A stretch of DNA of 64,000 bases from Hyaloraphidium curvatum SAG 235-1 (taxonomy: Eukaryota; Fungi; Monoblepharomycota). The translations under genes and the position numbers were made by a program. Numbering within the stretch: position 1 is the first letter of the stretch; each line of letters begins with the position of its first letter. The notes beneath the pieces were generated by a model. That model saw only the letters and a list, made by a program, of their open reading frames with translations. It was not told where the DNA came from and did not search any database. This document shows positions 39,962 through 51,000 of the stretch, in pieces. The stretch spans positions 496,001 through 560,000 of the forward strand of contig JAIVFI010000011.1 of assembly GCA_025558095.1 (NCBI GenBank), given 5' to 3'.

Positions 39962-41698
39962 ATGGACCCCGTTCAAGAAGCCGCCCCTCAGCAGGAGGTT
40001 CAGCAGCCTCAGGAAGCTAACGATTTGCAGAACAACCCGCAGGCCCAGGCGATTATCCAAGCTGCGCAGGCCGCGATCCAGCAAGTCGGCGCCGCCGCCA
40101 ACGACGTCGCCCAACTCGCCGTACAGCAAGCCGCGCAGCAAGCGGTTGCGGACCAGCTCGCCGCTCAGCAAGCCGTCATGCAACAGGCAGCGCAGGCGGC
40201 CGCCCAGCAAGCCGCCCAGCAAGCCGTCGCCGATCAGCTTGCCGCTCAGCTCGTGGCGCAACAGACCGCTCAGCAGTTGCCAGCTGCCCAAGTTCAACAG
40301 CAAGCCACCGCCGAGCAGCTTGCAGCGCAGCAGCTCCAGCAGCTCGCCGCACAGCAGCAGGGTCAGCGGAGCGAGCAAGCCCCGGCTGTCAACGCTGCCG
40401 CCGCTGGTCTCCAGCCGCAGCAGTTCGTCGACGCCGTACGGGCCATCGTTGGCGCTCAGCCGCCGAACGATGGAAGCACCGGCCTCCCCCAGGCGGATCG
40501 CCAGGGCGGAGCCGCCAAGCTCCCGGCTCAGCTGCTGCCTGCTTCTGTTCAGCCCTTCGATCCCGCTACGCAGGACCCGGAAGACTTCTTCCGCGACCTC
40601 ACTACGGTTCTCACGGCGTTCGGCTCCATCAACAACCTCGTCAAGGTCTTCCCGGTCTTCCTCGGGCCTCTGCCGCGCGCAATGTGGCACAACATCACGC
40701 CGCAGAGCCGCCCTCCGGACTATCCCGCGACGGCCACCTATCCTCCGGTGACCCAGAACGATGTGCTTGCCTGGCTACGCTACCACTTCGAGCCCCGCGA
40801 CGCATCGATGCATTATCGCCGGCACTACAACACGATTCAGATGACCAACGATGAGACCCTCGACGCCTTCGTTGCCCGCGTATCCCTGGCCGAGACGCGT
40901 TTCCTCTCGCACTGCGGCGATCAGCTTCCTACCAGGGAAGTGCAAGACAGCGTGTACGGCCAGAACCTGCTCTACGGACTGCGCCCGGAGCTACGCGGGA
41001 AGGCGCTCGAGCTCCTCGGGGATCACCTCATCAACCGCACTTCCGTCACCAAGGTCATCGAGAAGATGCGCACCGTCATGCAAGCATCGGGCCCTGCGCA
41101 GCCGCGCGACATCCGTTTCCTGGGCCAGAACTCGATTTCGGAGATTCCGGCTCTGGTCGGCCAGCACTCGTCTTCGGGCTCCTCCAAGGCGACCGACAAG
41201 GCGACGACGGAAGTGCTGCTGGCTCATACGCAGGCTCTCACAAAGCTGCTGGAGCCTAAGGGAGAGCGCAGGCCCACCGGTGGACCGCCGGGGGAGTCTG
41301 CGTTCCGGCCTCCGCGCCGTTTCGTCCCCTTCCAGTCTCGTCGGAGCCAGCCCTTGCCGCCTTCGGGGCCGAACAGCGACCTCGTCGAGATCAAGGAGCT
41401 CATCACCAAGCTGCTGCCGTCGCCTCGCCATCAGGTTCAGGCCGCGGAGACCAGGTCGAACCCCCCCGCGAGGCCTCCTCCGATCGATCGGCCCCGTCAG
41501 CAGCAGGAGCGCCAGGATCGCCGGCCCTTCACCTCGGAGTACCGCGACCAGAAGCGCTTCCAGCCTCGCCACTGCCATCTCTGTGGCATGGATGGGCATG
41601 CTCAGGACGAGTGCTGGGAGTTGGAGAAGAATGCCAACCGCCGCCCACTCAACTGGAAGTCTCGCCTCGGCAACACCCCTTCGATGCCAAAAAACTAG
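39962..41698 (+). CDS. gag: Gag of element B (578 aa)
   Basis: As unit 1 plus a 27-aa Q/A-rich repeat. Confidence 0.9.
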   Translation: MDPVQEAAPQQEVQQPQEANDLQNNPQAQAIIQAAQAAIQQVGAAANDVAQLAVQQAAQQAVADQLAAQQAVMQQAAQAAAQQAAQQAVADQLAAQLVAQQTAQQLPAAQVQQQATAEQLAAQQLQQLAAQQQGQRSEQAPAVNAAAAGLQPQQFVDAVRAIVGAQPPNDGSTGLPQADRQGGAAKLPAQLLPASVQPFDPATQDPEDFFRDLTTVLTAFGSINNLVKVFPVFLGPLPRAMWHNITPQSRPPDYPATATYPPVTQNDVLAWLRYHFEPRDASMHYRRHYNTIQMTNDETLDAFVARVSLAETRFLSHCGDQLPTREVQDSVYGQNLLYGLRPELRGKALELLGDHLINRTSVTKVIEKMRTVMQASGPAQPRDIRFLGQNSISEIPALVGQHSSSGSSKATDKATTEVLLAHTQALTKLLEPKGERRPTGGPPGESAFRPPRRFVPFQSRRSQPLPPSGPNSDLVEIKELITKLLPSPRHQVQAAETRSNPPARPPPIDRPRQQQERQDRRPFTSEYRDQKRFQPRHCHLCGMDGHAQDECWELEKNANRRPLNWKSRLGNTPSMPKN

Positions 41699-43948
41699 CT
41701 TTGCCCTCAGTGCCACACGGCCATAGGGGGGCAGAGATCCAAGCTCTTGAACCACATGTGGAACCTCTTCCTGGAACTTCCCCGCTGCCGGACGGCACGG
41801 ACCCTTCATCTCCTGGCGGATCGCCAGAGTTGTCGGATTCCGCGACCGATGAACCGACGGCGGAGGACCACGTTCATCATTGGCCCTTCGGGGGCACGGA
41901 GTACATCCTCTTCCTCGAGGCGGAGGCAGCTCGACAGGCCGCCGTTCGTCAGCAGCGGGAGGCGCTCATGCCGATCGACGAGACCCTGGCCCCGCCGCCG
42001 GCAGCGGATTCGGCGTCGCCCGGCTCGGTCGAGGTCGTGGGAAACGGTGAACCGGCGGCACAGGATGCGGACGCGGAATCAGCGGATGCACCTATGCACG
42101 AGGGCCCGACCGTCCGCGCCGTTCCCGGACCTTTCGAAAGGCCCCCTCCTCCTTCCGCCTACGCACGACCACCGCTGCCTGGCCCTCGGCCTCGCCCGCG
42201 GCCACCTGCTCCGGTCGCCCCTCCGCCGGATTGCTGGACGTGGACTTCGCAAGTGCAGTTCCACTATCAGGCGGCACGCGTTTCGGCATGGGTCAACGGT
42301 GTGAATACCCCCGCGGCCCTCGTCGACTCCGGTGCCTCAGTGGTGGCGGTTCGGTCGTCCTTCTTCTGCCGGATCCACCCGTCGCCACCGATCAAACCAT
42401 GGACACTCGGCACCCTCAGCACGGCCGCGGCCGGCGGAACCATGTGGGTCCGCGGAGTTGCTAAGATGGACATCCTGGTCGGGAATCAACACTGCGTCAT
42501 GGACGTCGCCATCATGGACGGTCTCATGGACGACGTGATCCTCGGCACCCCTTGGCTCTCCGCCCTACGCGTTCAGATGGACTGGGAGACGCCGGTCCTC
42601 TATTTCAAGGACGATCCGGAGGGGGTCGTCGTGCCAATGCACATTGTTGCGCGACCGCTCTTCGGATCACACCTGGTCGCCCCGCTCCATTTAACCACCT
42701 CCATCACGGTCTACCCCAACGAGGACGTCTCGATCACCGCTGAGCTGGCCCCGACGACTCCCTTGGCGACCGTCGTGGAGATGGACTTGACAGGGGTCAT
42801 CGAGACGCCGAACACTTCGCCGTTCGATCGCCTCTTCATCATCCCGTCGGCGACGCCCGACAGAGACGGTCGGCTGCCGATTCTCATCCGCAACTACGGG
42901 ACGACACCGGTCACGATCGGCCCGGGCACCCACCTCGGCCGCTTCCGCGTGCGGATTCCTGGATTTCTCGCTCCGGAACCGCCCACGTATCTGGCTCCCG
43001 CGCAGATCTCGATGCTGGAGCCCGAGCTGCCCCACACCGAACCGGCCGAATCCACGCTCACGGTCGAGGAGACCATCGATCTGTTTGCGGTGCCCTCGCC
43101 GGGATCGATGGGACCACCTCAGCCTCCCGGCGTGGAGCCTCCCCCGGTCGAGGCTATCGAGCTCAAGATGGACCAAATGATCCTGAGCGAGGGGGACAAA
43201 CCTCGTTTCCATAAGCTCTGCGACCGCTACGGGGACGTGTTTGGTCCTTGGATCGGCAAGCTGCGCAACCATCGCTTCCGGATCGACACGGGCGACCTCA
43301 AGCCGATCCACCAGATGCCGTACCGGACCCCGTTCCGGCTTCGCGGGGAAATGGACAAGATCATCGACGACCTGCTCGTGCAGGGCGTAGTCGTCCCCTC
43401 GCGAAGCCCCTGGGCCACGCCCTGCATCATGGTGCCAAAAGGGCACGGCTCGGGCGAATGGCGCCTGGTGATCGATTACCGGAAGCTCAACGCCGCCACC
43501 AAGCGCGACGTCTACCCGATGAAGAACCCAAGCGACACTCTTGCTCTCCTCAGCGCGGCCAAGGTGTGGAGCGTTTGCGACATCCGCTCCGGCTTTTGGC
43601 ACGTGGAGGTGGCCGACGAGGACAAGGAAAAGACGGCCTTCACGACGTACCGCGGTCTCTACCAGTGGGAGCGGATGGCCATGGGCTTTACCAACGCTCC
43701 TGCAACCTTTGCTCGGATCATGGACGAGCTCCTCGCCGGCCTCCAGTGGTACTGCTTGGTGGTCTTCATCGACGACATCATTATCTTCTCGCAGACGGTC
43801 AACGAGCACCTCGTGCACCTGGAGCTCCTCTTTGACCGACTGCGCGAGGCCGGGATGACTCTGAAGCTGGCCAAATGCAAGTTCTTCCGCCGCGAGGTCA
43901 AATACCTCGGGCATTACGTCACCGCCGACGGCCTCAAGGTCGACCCCG
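41689..43948 (+). pseudogene. pol: Truncated pol (PR + RT) of element B
   Basis: Matches pol up to ...GLKVDP and then runs into unrelated sequence. Confidence 0.9.
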
Positions 43949-44150
43949 GGCTGGAGACTGCTCAAGAGAGGCCTTCAGATCTGATCCAGAGCAAGCAAAG
44001 GGCAGCGAGGCGCAAAGTTTCGGTTGCGCTTCGTTCCGACTCACGCGCGCATCGCCATGATGTGGGACAGCTTCGCGGCGAACTTCAACGTGCAACAGCG
44101 ATAAAATTCTTTGCATCAAGGCCACAACGTCAAGCTGATGCGCCATCTGC

Positions 44151-44975
44151 TTAACCGCGCAAGGTCTGGTGGTGAATCCAGCGCCGGGCAGACTCCTCGA
44201 GGTGAGCTACCAGCGAGTCCTCATCGAACTGCTCCGCAGCTGACCCGCGGCACCTCTTACGAGTCCTCATCGAACTGCTCCGCAGCTGACCCGCGGCACC
44301 TCTTAGCCCAGTTGCGTGCGCTGACAATGTACAGCGGGAAGCCGATCAGCCCTTTAGCGGCGAAGTCGTGCTCCATGGTGGTCTTCAGAGCGGTCTTGGC
44401 GACTTCGGCGTCTGCCCTCGAACGGGCACCGCTGTCCATCAGAGACTCAAGATCGACATCCGCCTTGTTCCAGATCAAGCACATCTTCACCCAAAGTCCT
44501 GAGTTGCGCCTGACGATGTCGTTCACCACCTCGTGGATCCTGCCTGCAGAGACGATGACGATCATGTGGAACCCGTCTGCGCGATGCGTCAGCTCGAGGC
44601 CCCGGCCGCTGATAAGCTATCCTACACAAAAGTTCGTCTACGTAATAGGTCGAAGCCGGATGATCCGCCGTCCCAGCGCCTGGGATGTCCCACACCTTGA
44701 CGTATGGGAGACGCGGGTGCGAGTACTTCTTGTGCTCGTGCGTCGTCTCCGTAATCCCCACGGGGGCGGACCCGGGGGCGCCGTTCCTCAGGCCCAAAAT
44801 GCAGTTGATGACCGACGACTTGCCGGTCCCGGCCGGCCCGCAGACGGCGACATGGAACTAGAAACCCTTGTCGGCGTAAGCCAGCATAATGGCGCGCAGG
44901 TGCACTAACCTCGTTGTGCCAGTCGACGCCTAGCGTATGGTAGGCAGCGGCGAACTTCGCCAGGATGTTGCCCAT
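44151..44975 (-). pseudogene. IRG/IIGP-like GTPase, C-terminally truncated by a 46-bp tandem duplication
   Basis: Exons 44975-44910, 44857-44626 and 44576 onward. MGN start, GPAGTGKSS (G1), ETT, WDIPGAGT (G3), NKAD (G4), VSA. Duplication 44214-44259 / 44260-44305 creates TAA at 44259-44257. Confidence 0.8.
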
Positions 44976-45201
44976 CGCTGCAAGCACGCGTTTCGATACG
45001 GTTGATGATCACATGTGAGGGAGAGTTTAGGACCTGCACAGCCCGAAGGCCGTCTTACGCGCGTCAACTGCCGTCACGACGAGCGTCCACGCCGTCAGGA
45101 CGCCGTCTAGACGCCGTCCGAACTGCGCCTCAACGCAGCTATGAATAAACTCCCGGGCCGCTGGTCCGAGCACCGGCCATCACTCCCCGAGAACTTCAAA
45201 C

Positions 45202-46092
45202 ATGGGCAACGTCGTCGCCGCCATCTTGCCTGCGATGCCCGTCATCTTCCACATCATCGACGCCATCGTCTCCATCTTCAAGCAGCCGCCGAAGCGCCCG
45301 GTCGAGGTCGCGCCGGCCCAGGGCAAGACCCCCGCGGAGCTCATCGCGGAGGCCCAGCGAGCACTCGGCATCGACCCGGTGAACAAGGTGTGTCTCGCCG
45401 CCGCCGCCGCTCGCAGGCTTTGCTGACCTCTGCACCCGCCGCTCGCAGTACAACATCGGCTACTGCGGTCCCTCCGGCGTCGGCAAGTCCTCCCTGGTCA
45501 ACGCGCTGCTCGGTCTGCGCAACGGTGCTCCCGGCGCGGCCGATACCGGCATCGTCGAAACTACGGCGACAATCAAGAAGTACAACAATCCCTCTCTGCC
45601 TTACCTCGATAACTGGGACATCCCCGGCGCCGGCACCGAGAACCACCCCGCCGCGACCTACTTTGCCGACTAGTTCCTCTGTGGGCTGCCCTTCTTGGCG
45701 CCTCCTCACGCATGCGTTGACGTGCCTTTGCAGATGCCTTCGACGCCATCCTGCTTATGTCGGCAAACCGCTTCATGGCGGTTGCTCAAGACGTCGCCAA
45801 CGGCGCCAGGGAGTTCAACAGGAACGTCGCTCTCGTGTGGACCAAGGCCGACATCGATCTGGACTCGCTCGTGTTCGACGAGGGCTTGTCGGTCCAGGAA
45901 GCCAAGCGCCAGCTCCGCATGCGGGTCGAGAGTGACCGGCAGAGGAACGGTCTCGGCCACCTCCCCTTCTTCATGGTCAGCGCCCGCAACTGGGCTAGGA
46001 GGCTCAACGGCGACGCCGATGCGGAGGTCTTCGACATGGAGGCCCTGCTCACCTACGTCCGCGGCGCCGTCGAAGCCCGCGTGAGGCCTTAG
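45202..46092 (+). pseudogene. IRG/IIGP-like GTPase with an in-frame TAG
   Basis: Exons 45202-45387, 45449-45680 and 45734-46092. MGN, GPSGVGKSS, GIVETT, WDIPGAGT, TKAD, VSA. TAG at 45671-45673 in YFAD*FLYAFD. Confidence 0.8.
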
Positions 46093-47040
46093 GCCGCGGA
46101 CCCCTGAAGATAACGGCTGTGGTAGCTTTGCAAAGTTGTACAAGTTCGGAAAACATGTTGTGGACGTCGTGTTGTATCTACTTTCTCCTGCGACGTCCGT
46201 CTACTTCCACCTCACGTCTCCAGGCCACATCTTCTCGTCACCCTGATGGGCCAGTGACGACGCCTTTCATCGGCCGCCGCAAGCACCGTCATCACCCGCA
46301 GATCCACACGGCGGAGGCCGGTCCTGCGTCGCCAGGCACAGAGGAAGGCGGAAAACGTCCTGCCGGCCGCGCGCTGGCTTCGTCGCCACAGTCGCAACCA
46401 TGCTAGGCGCGATTCAAGGACGGCATGATCCCCACATTGCAACAGCAGTCCGCAGCGAGCCCCAGCCCGGGACTCGCACCCCTCGAGACCGGGCAGCTCC
46501 GATCAGGCGAGTGCGAATCGGTCGCGTGCGCCAGAGGCGCGCCTTGCACCCGCCGCAGGCCCATTTCACACGGCTGACGCGGCTGCGCATGTGCCGTCCA
46601 TCTCGTCCGTCAGGAGCTACAGCCTGTGCCACGCTTTTCACCCTCGCGATCGGGCTGTGGAGCATACTGAGGTCCGCTGGCGTGTTTGCCACGGTCGAGA
46701 CCTTCTGTCCGACCAGGTGAATGAAACATTCCTCCGTCAGACGTAGCCTGTAGATCATGGAGGCGGCGTCCAGCGCGAAAAGTGCTCGAATTCCAGCAGC
46801 TTCCTAATCAACATCCCCTTGCAGCTCCAGCGCATCGCGGTTCCAGTAGTGCGATCGGCGACTCCGCAAAGTGAGTGGGTGCTCGGCGAAGCCGCAGCTG
46901 GACCACTGCGGACAAACACGGGCGAGGCACGCAACACCATCGCTGCCTGAAAGCGGAGCGGAAAGCCGGCCCCGCCGTCTTTCGACTGCGTTCCACGCGT
47001 TACCGGCTTCGGTCCGCCTCCGCGGGCCGCGCGGGCCGGA

Positions 47041-48140
47041 ATGCCGCGCCTCGACTGGTTCCTCGGCGGCCTCCGCCCCGCGCACATCCTGCTGCTCGGG
47101 GCCGCGGCGTGGTACCTCCGCGACGTGGGTGGCCGCCTTCTATCCCCGATTGGCCGATTCCGAACCCGTTCCGCAGTGGCGGCCGCACAACATGGTCGAG
47201 CTCCGCCTCCCGGACGGCCTCCCCCCCTTCCTGGCCTCGGCCCTCCTTCCGCCGGCCGCTCCCGCCCCCCTCCCGCCCCCCATCCCCGCCGCAGCCCCCC
47301 GCAGATTCACCTTCGCCGACTTCGAGCGCCTCATGGGCGTGCAGCAGCTCCACGCGACCGCGACGGACCCGCGCGTCGCGCACCTCCTGGACGCGCACGA
47401 CATCCGGAAGGACAAGGCCTACACCGAGAACCCCGAGGCGGCGGAGCAGAACGCGTTCATGTACGGCACGTGGATCGACCGCGGCACCTCCGGGGACGAA
47501 CGGTTCTACGTCGAATGGACGGGGCCTCAGCGGGGGTACGGCCTTTTCGCGGCGGTGGGGATACCCATCGGGACCCCCGTGGGGGTGTTTGGCGGGGTGG
47601 TGACCAACGCCTCGTACGGGTCGCGCTACTCGTGGGCGTACAACTCGGACGGGGAGCTGCCGGGGGAAGACGGCAGGCCGCTTTCGCTGGTGCTGGACGG
47701 GTGGCTGTACGGCAACTACCTGCGGTATCCGAACCACGAGAACGAGCCCAACACGGAGGTGGTGTTTGTGCCCTACAAGAACAGGTGGCACGTCGTGTAC
47801 GTGTCCTCCAGGTGAGTCCTCGGGCGGCGCGGTCGTCTGGGCGGTCACCCAAATGCCAATCTTCCACCACAGGGCAATATCGCCGGGCGAGGAGGTCACC
47901 ATCTCGTACGGCGACGCCTACTGGGAGGGATCGATGAAGGACGAGCTCGTGCTCGCCGACGGCGCCAAGCCCGCCGCCCCGGCCCCCGCGCCCGCGCCGC
48001 CGGCGCCAGCTCCGGCGCACAAGCCCGCTTCCATCGCGAAGCCCGCCGAGTCGGAGGGGGAGGAGGCCGAGGACGACGAGGACGTTGAATACGTGACTGT
48101 AGTCAAGACGGTCTACACCTCGACCGTGTACAAGGACTAG
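47041..48140 (+). CDS. SET-domain protein with an N-terminal hydrophobic segment
   Basis: Exons 47041-47124, 47177-47811 and 47873-48140. RGYGLFA, GNYLRYPNHENEPN, RAISPGEEVTISYGDAYW. Confidence 0.85.
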
Positions 48141-48332
48141 CTGCGGCCACACGGCATGGATGTATCCACGGGAAGATGGAGTACATCGTGATCTATCGTA
48201 TTGGCCGCTTGATCGAGCTCGATGGTCTTTCGCAGAGGACGTTCGGGACGCGGTCCCTTCTGCAATTCGGACCCTACCGCCTCCCGAAGTTCCCACTGCC
48301 TTCCCCCCCTCTAACCCCGATCCGGCGCCGCG

Positions 48333-49975
48333 ATGCGGTGGCCGCCGCCCCTCCTCCTCCTCCTCTCCCTCGCGCTCCCGTCCCTCGCGGCCGCGGCGTC
48401 GTGGCCGGCGCGTGCGACGGTGACCGCGCGCGGCGGGCCCGTCCCGTTCCGCGACCGCTGGCGGCAGTGCGCCGAGCTGCGCATTGCCAACGGCATGGCG
48501 GCCGACGTCGGCGCGCGGTGGGCGGCGACGCTCGCGCTCGACGGCGGCGAGCTGCTCGACTTTGCCGGCGCCGTGCGTTCACCGGCGGCTGCACCTTTGG
48601 ATCGCTTTAACCCCCACTTTAACCCCTTCTAGGACTTCGAGGCCGCGCCGGGCAGCACCGCATCGCGTCGGCTGTACGCCCTCCGACCGCGCGACGCCGC
48701 CCTCTCCGTGGTCCCCGCCGGCGGCGAGCTCCCCGGCCTGCCCTTCTGCGTGGCCTACCGCACAACGTGGGCCGCGGACTTTGACGTGCGGCTGTCCCCC
48801 GAGGACGAGCACGACTTGCCCGCCGGGGAGCAGGGCAGCCAGTACGTCGTGCAGGTGTCCCCCGAGGGCGAGTCCGGGCCCAGGCACCACCTGCTCCTCC
48901 GGCGCCAGTCGGACACAACGACCTTCACCAAGAACTTCGACACGGGGTACTGCTCCTGCATCCCCACCTCGGGCTGGGTCCCCACGGACCCGCTGACCCC
49001 GCTGCTGGGCTGCCCGAGCCTGCTGCCGATGAACGCGCTGCCGGCCTTCCTCCCGGCCCTGACCAACATGACCCGCGACGTGATCACCGCCGGCGCGCAG
49101 TCGCCCGTCGTCCCCGGGCGCGAGGTGTCGATGCGGCTGGGGCCGGCGGAGGGCCCGGAAAAGTGCAAGGCGGACAGGGCGCCGGACGTGCCCAACTGCA
49201 GGTGGCTCTTTACGCTCTCGGGCAACTGGGAGTCGCTGCGCGACTGCGGGTGGTCCGCGCCCGATACCACCACGATCCCGGGGTACGAGGTGCGCAACAA
49301 CACCATCAGGCTGGAGTGGAAGGACCGCCTCCCCGACGGGCGCCTGTCGACCAACTCGATCCTGCTGCCCGTGTCGATCCGCTTCCCGGCCTTTGTGCAG
49401 CTCGACACCTCGATCGCAATGGTCGACGAGAGCGGCGTCAAGAACTTTTCGCTGGACGCGCTGCTGCTGCAGGGCCTGCCGGGGAGCAGGTACCTCACCG
49501 TGCGGTGGAAGATGCATTCCAGGTGGGCCGCCCGCGCTTCTGCCCGCGGGAAACCGCTCACCCGCCCTTTTGCACAAGGTGGCCGCACAACCTGACCCTG
49601 GCCTCCAACGCCCTCGACCTCCCCTACATCCCCGCCGGCCCCGTCACCGCCCCCGCGTGGAACCCGCCCGTGTGCATCAAGAACTCGTCCCACCCGGACC
49701 AGACCCCCGGCTCGGGGACCTTCACCGCCAGCTGGACCCACGCCTCGTCGGGGTTCACGGTCAACGACTTTTGCTACCAGTCCGGGTCGTTCCTCATCCC
49801 CCTGGGCGGGAGGTGCGACGTCGGGGGACGGTACACGGTGGCGTTCGACACGTCCTGCTTCGTGGTGATGACGGCGGACAACGTGTGCGCGGGGCAGAGG
49901 CTGCAGGCGGCGTTCGAAATCGGGACGGCGCCGGGGCAGCTTTCGCTGGACGTGTGCAACGGGCAGGGGGCGTAG
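48333..49975 (+). CDS. Secreted Cys-rich protein of unknown function (multi-exon)
   Basis: Signal peptide MRWPPPLLLLLSLALPSLAAA, GC3-rich exons in ORFs 48333, 48708 and 49163, and GT-AG introns near 48573-48632 and 49523-49578. Confidence 0.65.
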
Positions 49976-50071
49976 AAGTGTCGCAGGCGTTGTGTTCTGT
50001 GTCGAATGTCCACGCGTCAAAGCCGACAGAGTCCCCTTCCTTCCACATCGACGGCCATCCCTCGCTGCGGA

Positions 50072-51000
50072 TCACTCGGCCGCGGCGGCCGGCACCAAGC
50101 TGGCCACGAAGGTGTACGCCACGTTCCCCGCCCCTTCGAGCCACCCCCTCTCCCTCGGCCGCACCTCCGCCTGCCCCTCGGCGGGCTGCCCCGTCCCGTC
50201 GCCCTGCGCCTGCGGTGCAACGAGTCCCCTCCCCTGCCCCGCCCTCCGGATGCCGGGCAGCCGCAGCCGCCCGGTGCGCCAGACAAACACCGCGGCCGCG
50301 GCGACGTGCAGGAAGACGATCCGCGCGAACGAGGCGTTCTGCGAGAGGAGGTAGACGAGGAAGGCCAGCCGGAGGAGGAGGGAGAGGGGCGAGTCGCCCT
50401 CGGCGGGCGGGTCGAGGCCGTCGTCTGCCGGCGGCGGGGGGGCGGGCTGCGCCGGTTGGGGTTGGGGGGCGGGTTGTGCGGGGGGTGGTGGGGCGGGGGA
50501 GGAGACGGGGACGGGGAGGTAGTACGGGATTCCGCTGGAATGGGGTTAGGGGGTGGAGCAGATGGCGGGGGAGGGACCCACTTTATGGAGACGGGGTGGT
50601 AGAGGAACGCCGGCGGTGCCTGAGCGGGTGCCTGCCTTTGCAGCAGCCCCGGTGCAGCCGATGGAGCCGGGTTGCGTGCGGGAGCGGGCAGCTGGCCAGC
50701 CTCGGCGGCCTTGGGAGCAGCCGCCGGAAGCCCGCTGCCCCGCACCACCAGGTGCAGCACCGGCGTCCCCGCGTTGCCGCGCACAGCGTCCTCCAATCCC
50801 TCGGCGTCGGCGAGCACGCGCCCGGCGTAGATGACCCGCTGGTCCTCGGCGCGCGGCCGCGACGGCAGCTGCGCGGCGAGCGCGGCCTTGAGGTCGGCCA
50901 CGCGCGACGCGCGCGGCAGCGAGACGGCGTGGTCCGCGGGGAGCGACGGCGAGCGGATGAGCAGCGAGAGCGGCGCGGAGGGGTCGGCGGAGGCGGACAT
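50072..51000 (-). CDS. HERP/Usa1-like ER membrane protein with an N-terminal ubiquitin-like domain
   Basis: LLIRSP...VADLKAAL...PRAEDQRVIYAGRVLAD...VLHLVVR (UBL), hydrophobic LRLAFLVYLL..IVFLHV segments, C-terminal TFVASLVP. Confidence 0.7.

Larger units (their letters stand above)
6083..43948 (+). repeat. Tandem array, period 11,078-11,079 bp: three complete units plus a truncated divergent fourth copy
   Basis: The same ORF set recurs: gag ATG at 6726, 17805, 28883 and 39962; ORF3 at 12815, 23893 and 34972; RLE insert at 16310, 27388 and 38467. Confidence 0.95.
38134..43948 (+). mobile_element. Ty3/gypsy element B: 5' LTR with nested insert, gag, and pol truncated at the end of RT
   Basis: LTR 38134-39794. 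Gag has an extra 81 bp (40121-40201) and several SNPs versus units 1-3. Homology ends at GTCGACCCCG (43948). Confidence 0.92.

Noticed and set aside
6083-43948. One giant element with many LTRs, or repeated independent insertions
   Set aside because: Identical host fragment, TSD junctions and nested insert in every unit indicate segmental duplication.
46100-47040. Short ORFs between the GTPase and SET genes
   Set aside because: No motifs, codon bias or splice pattern that I can support.
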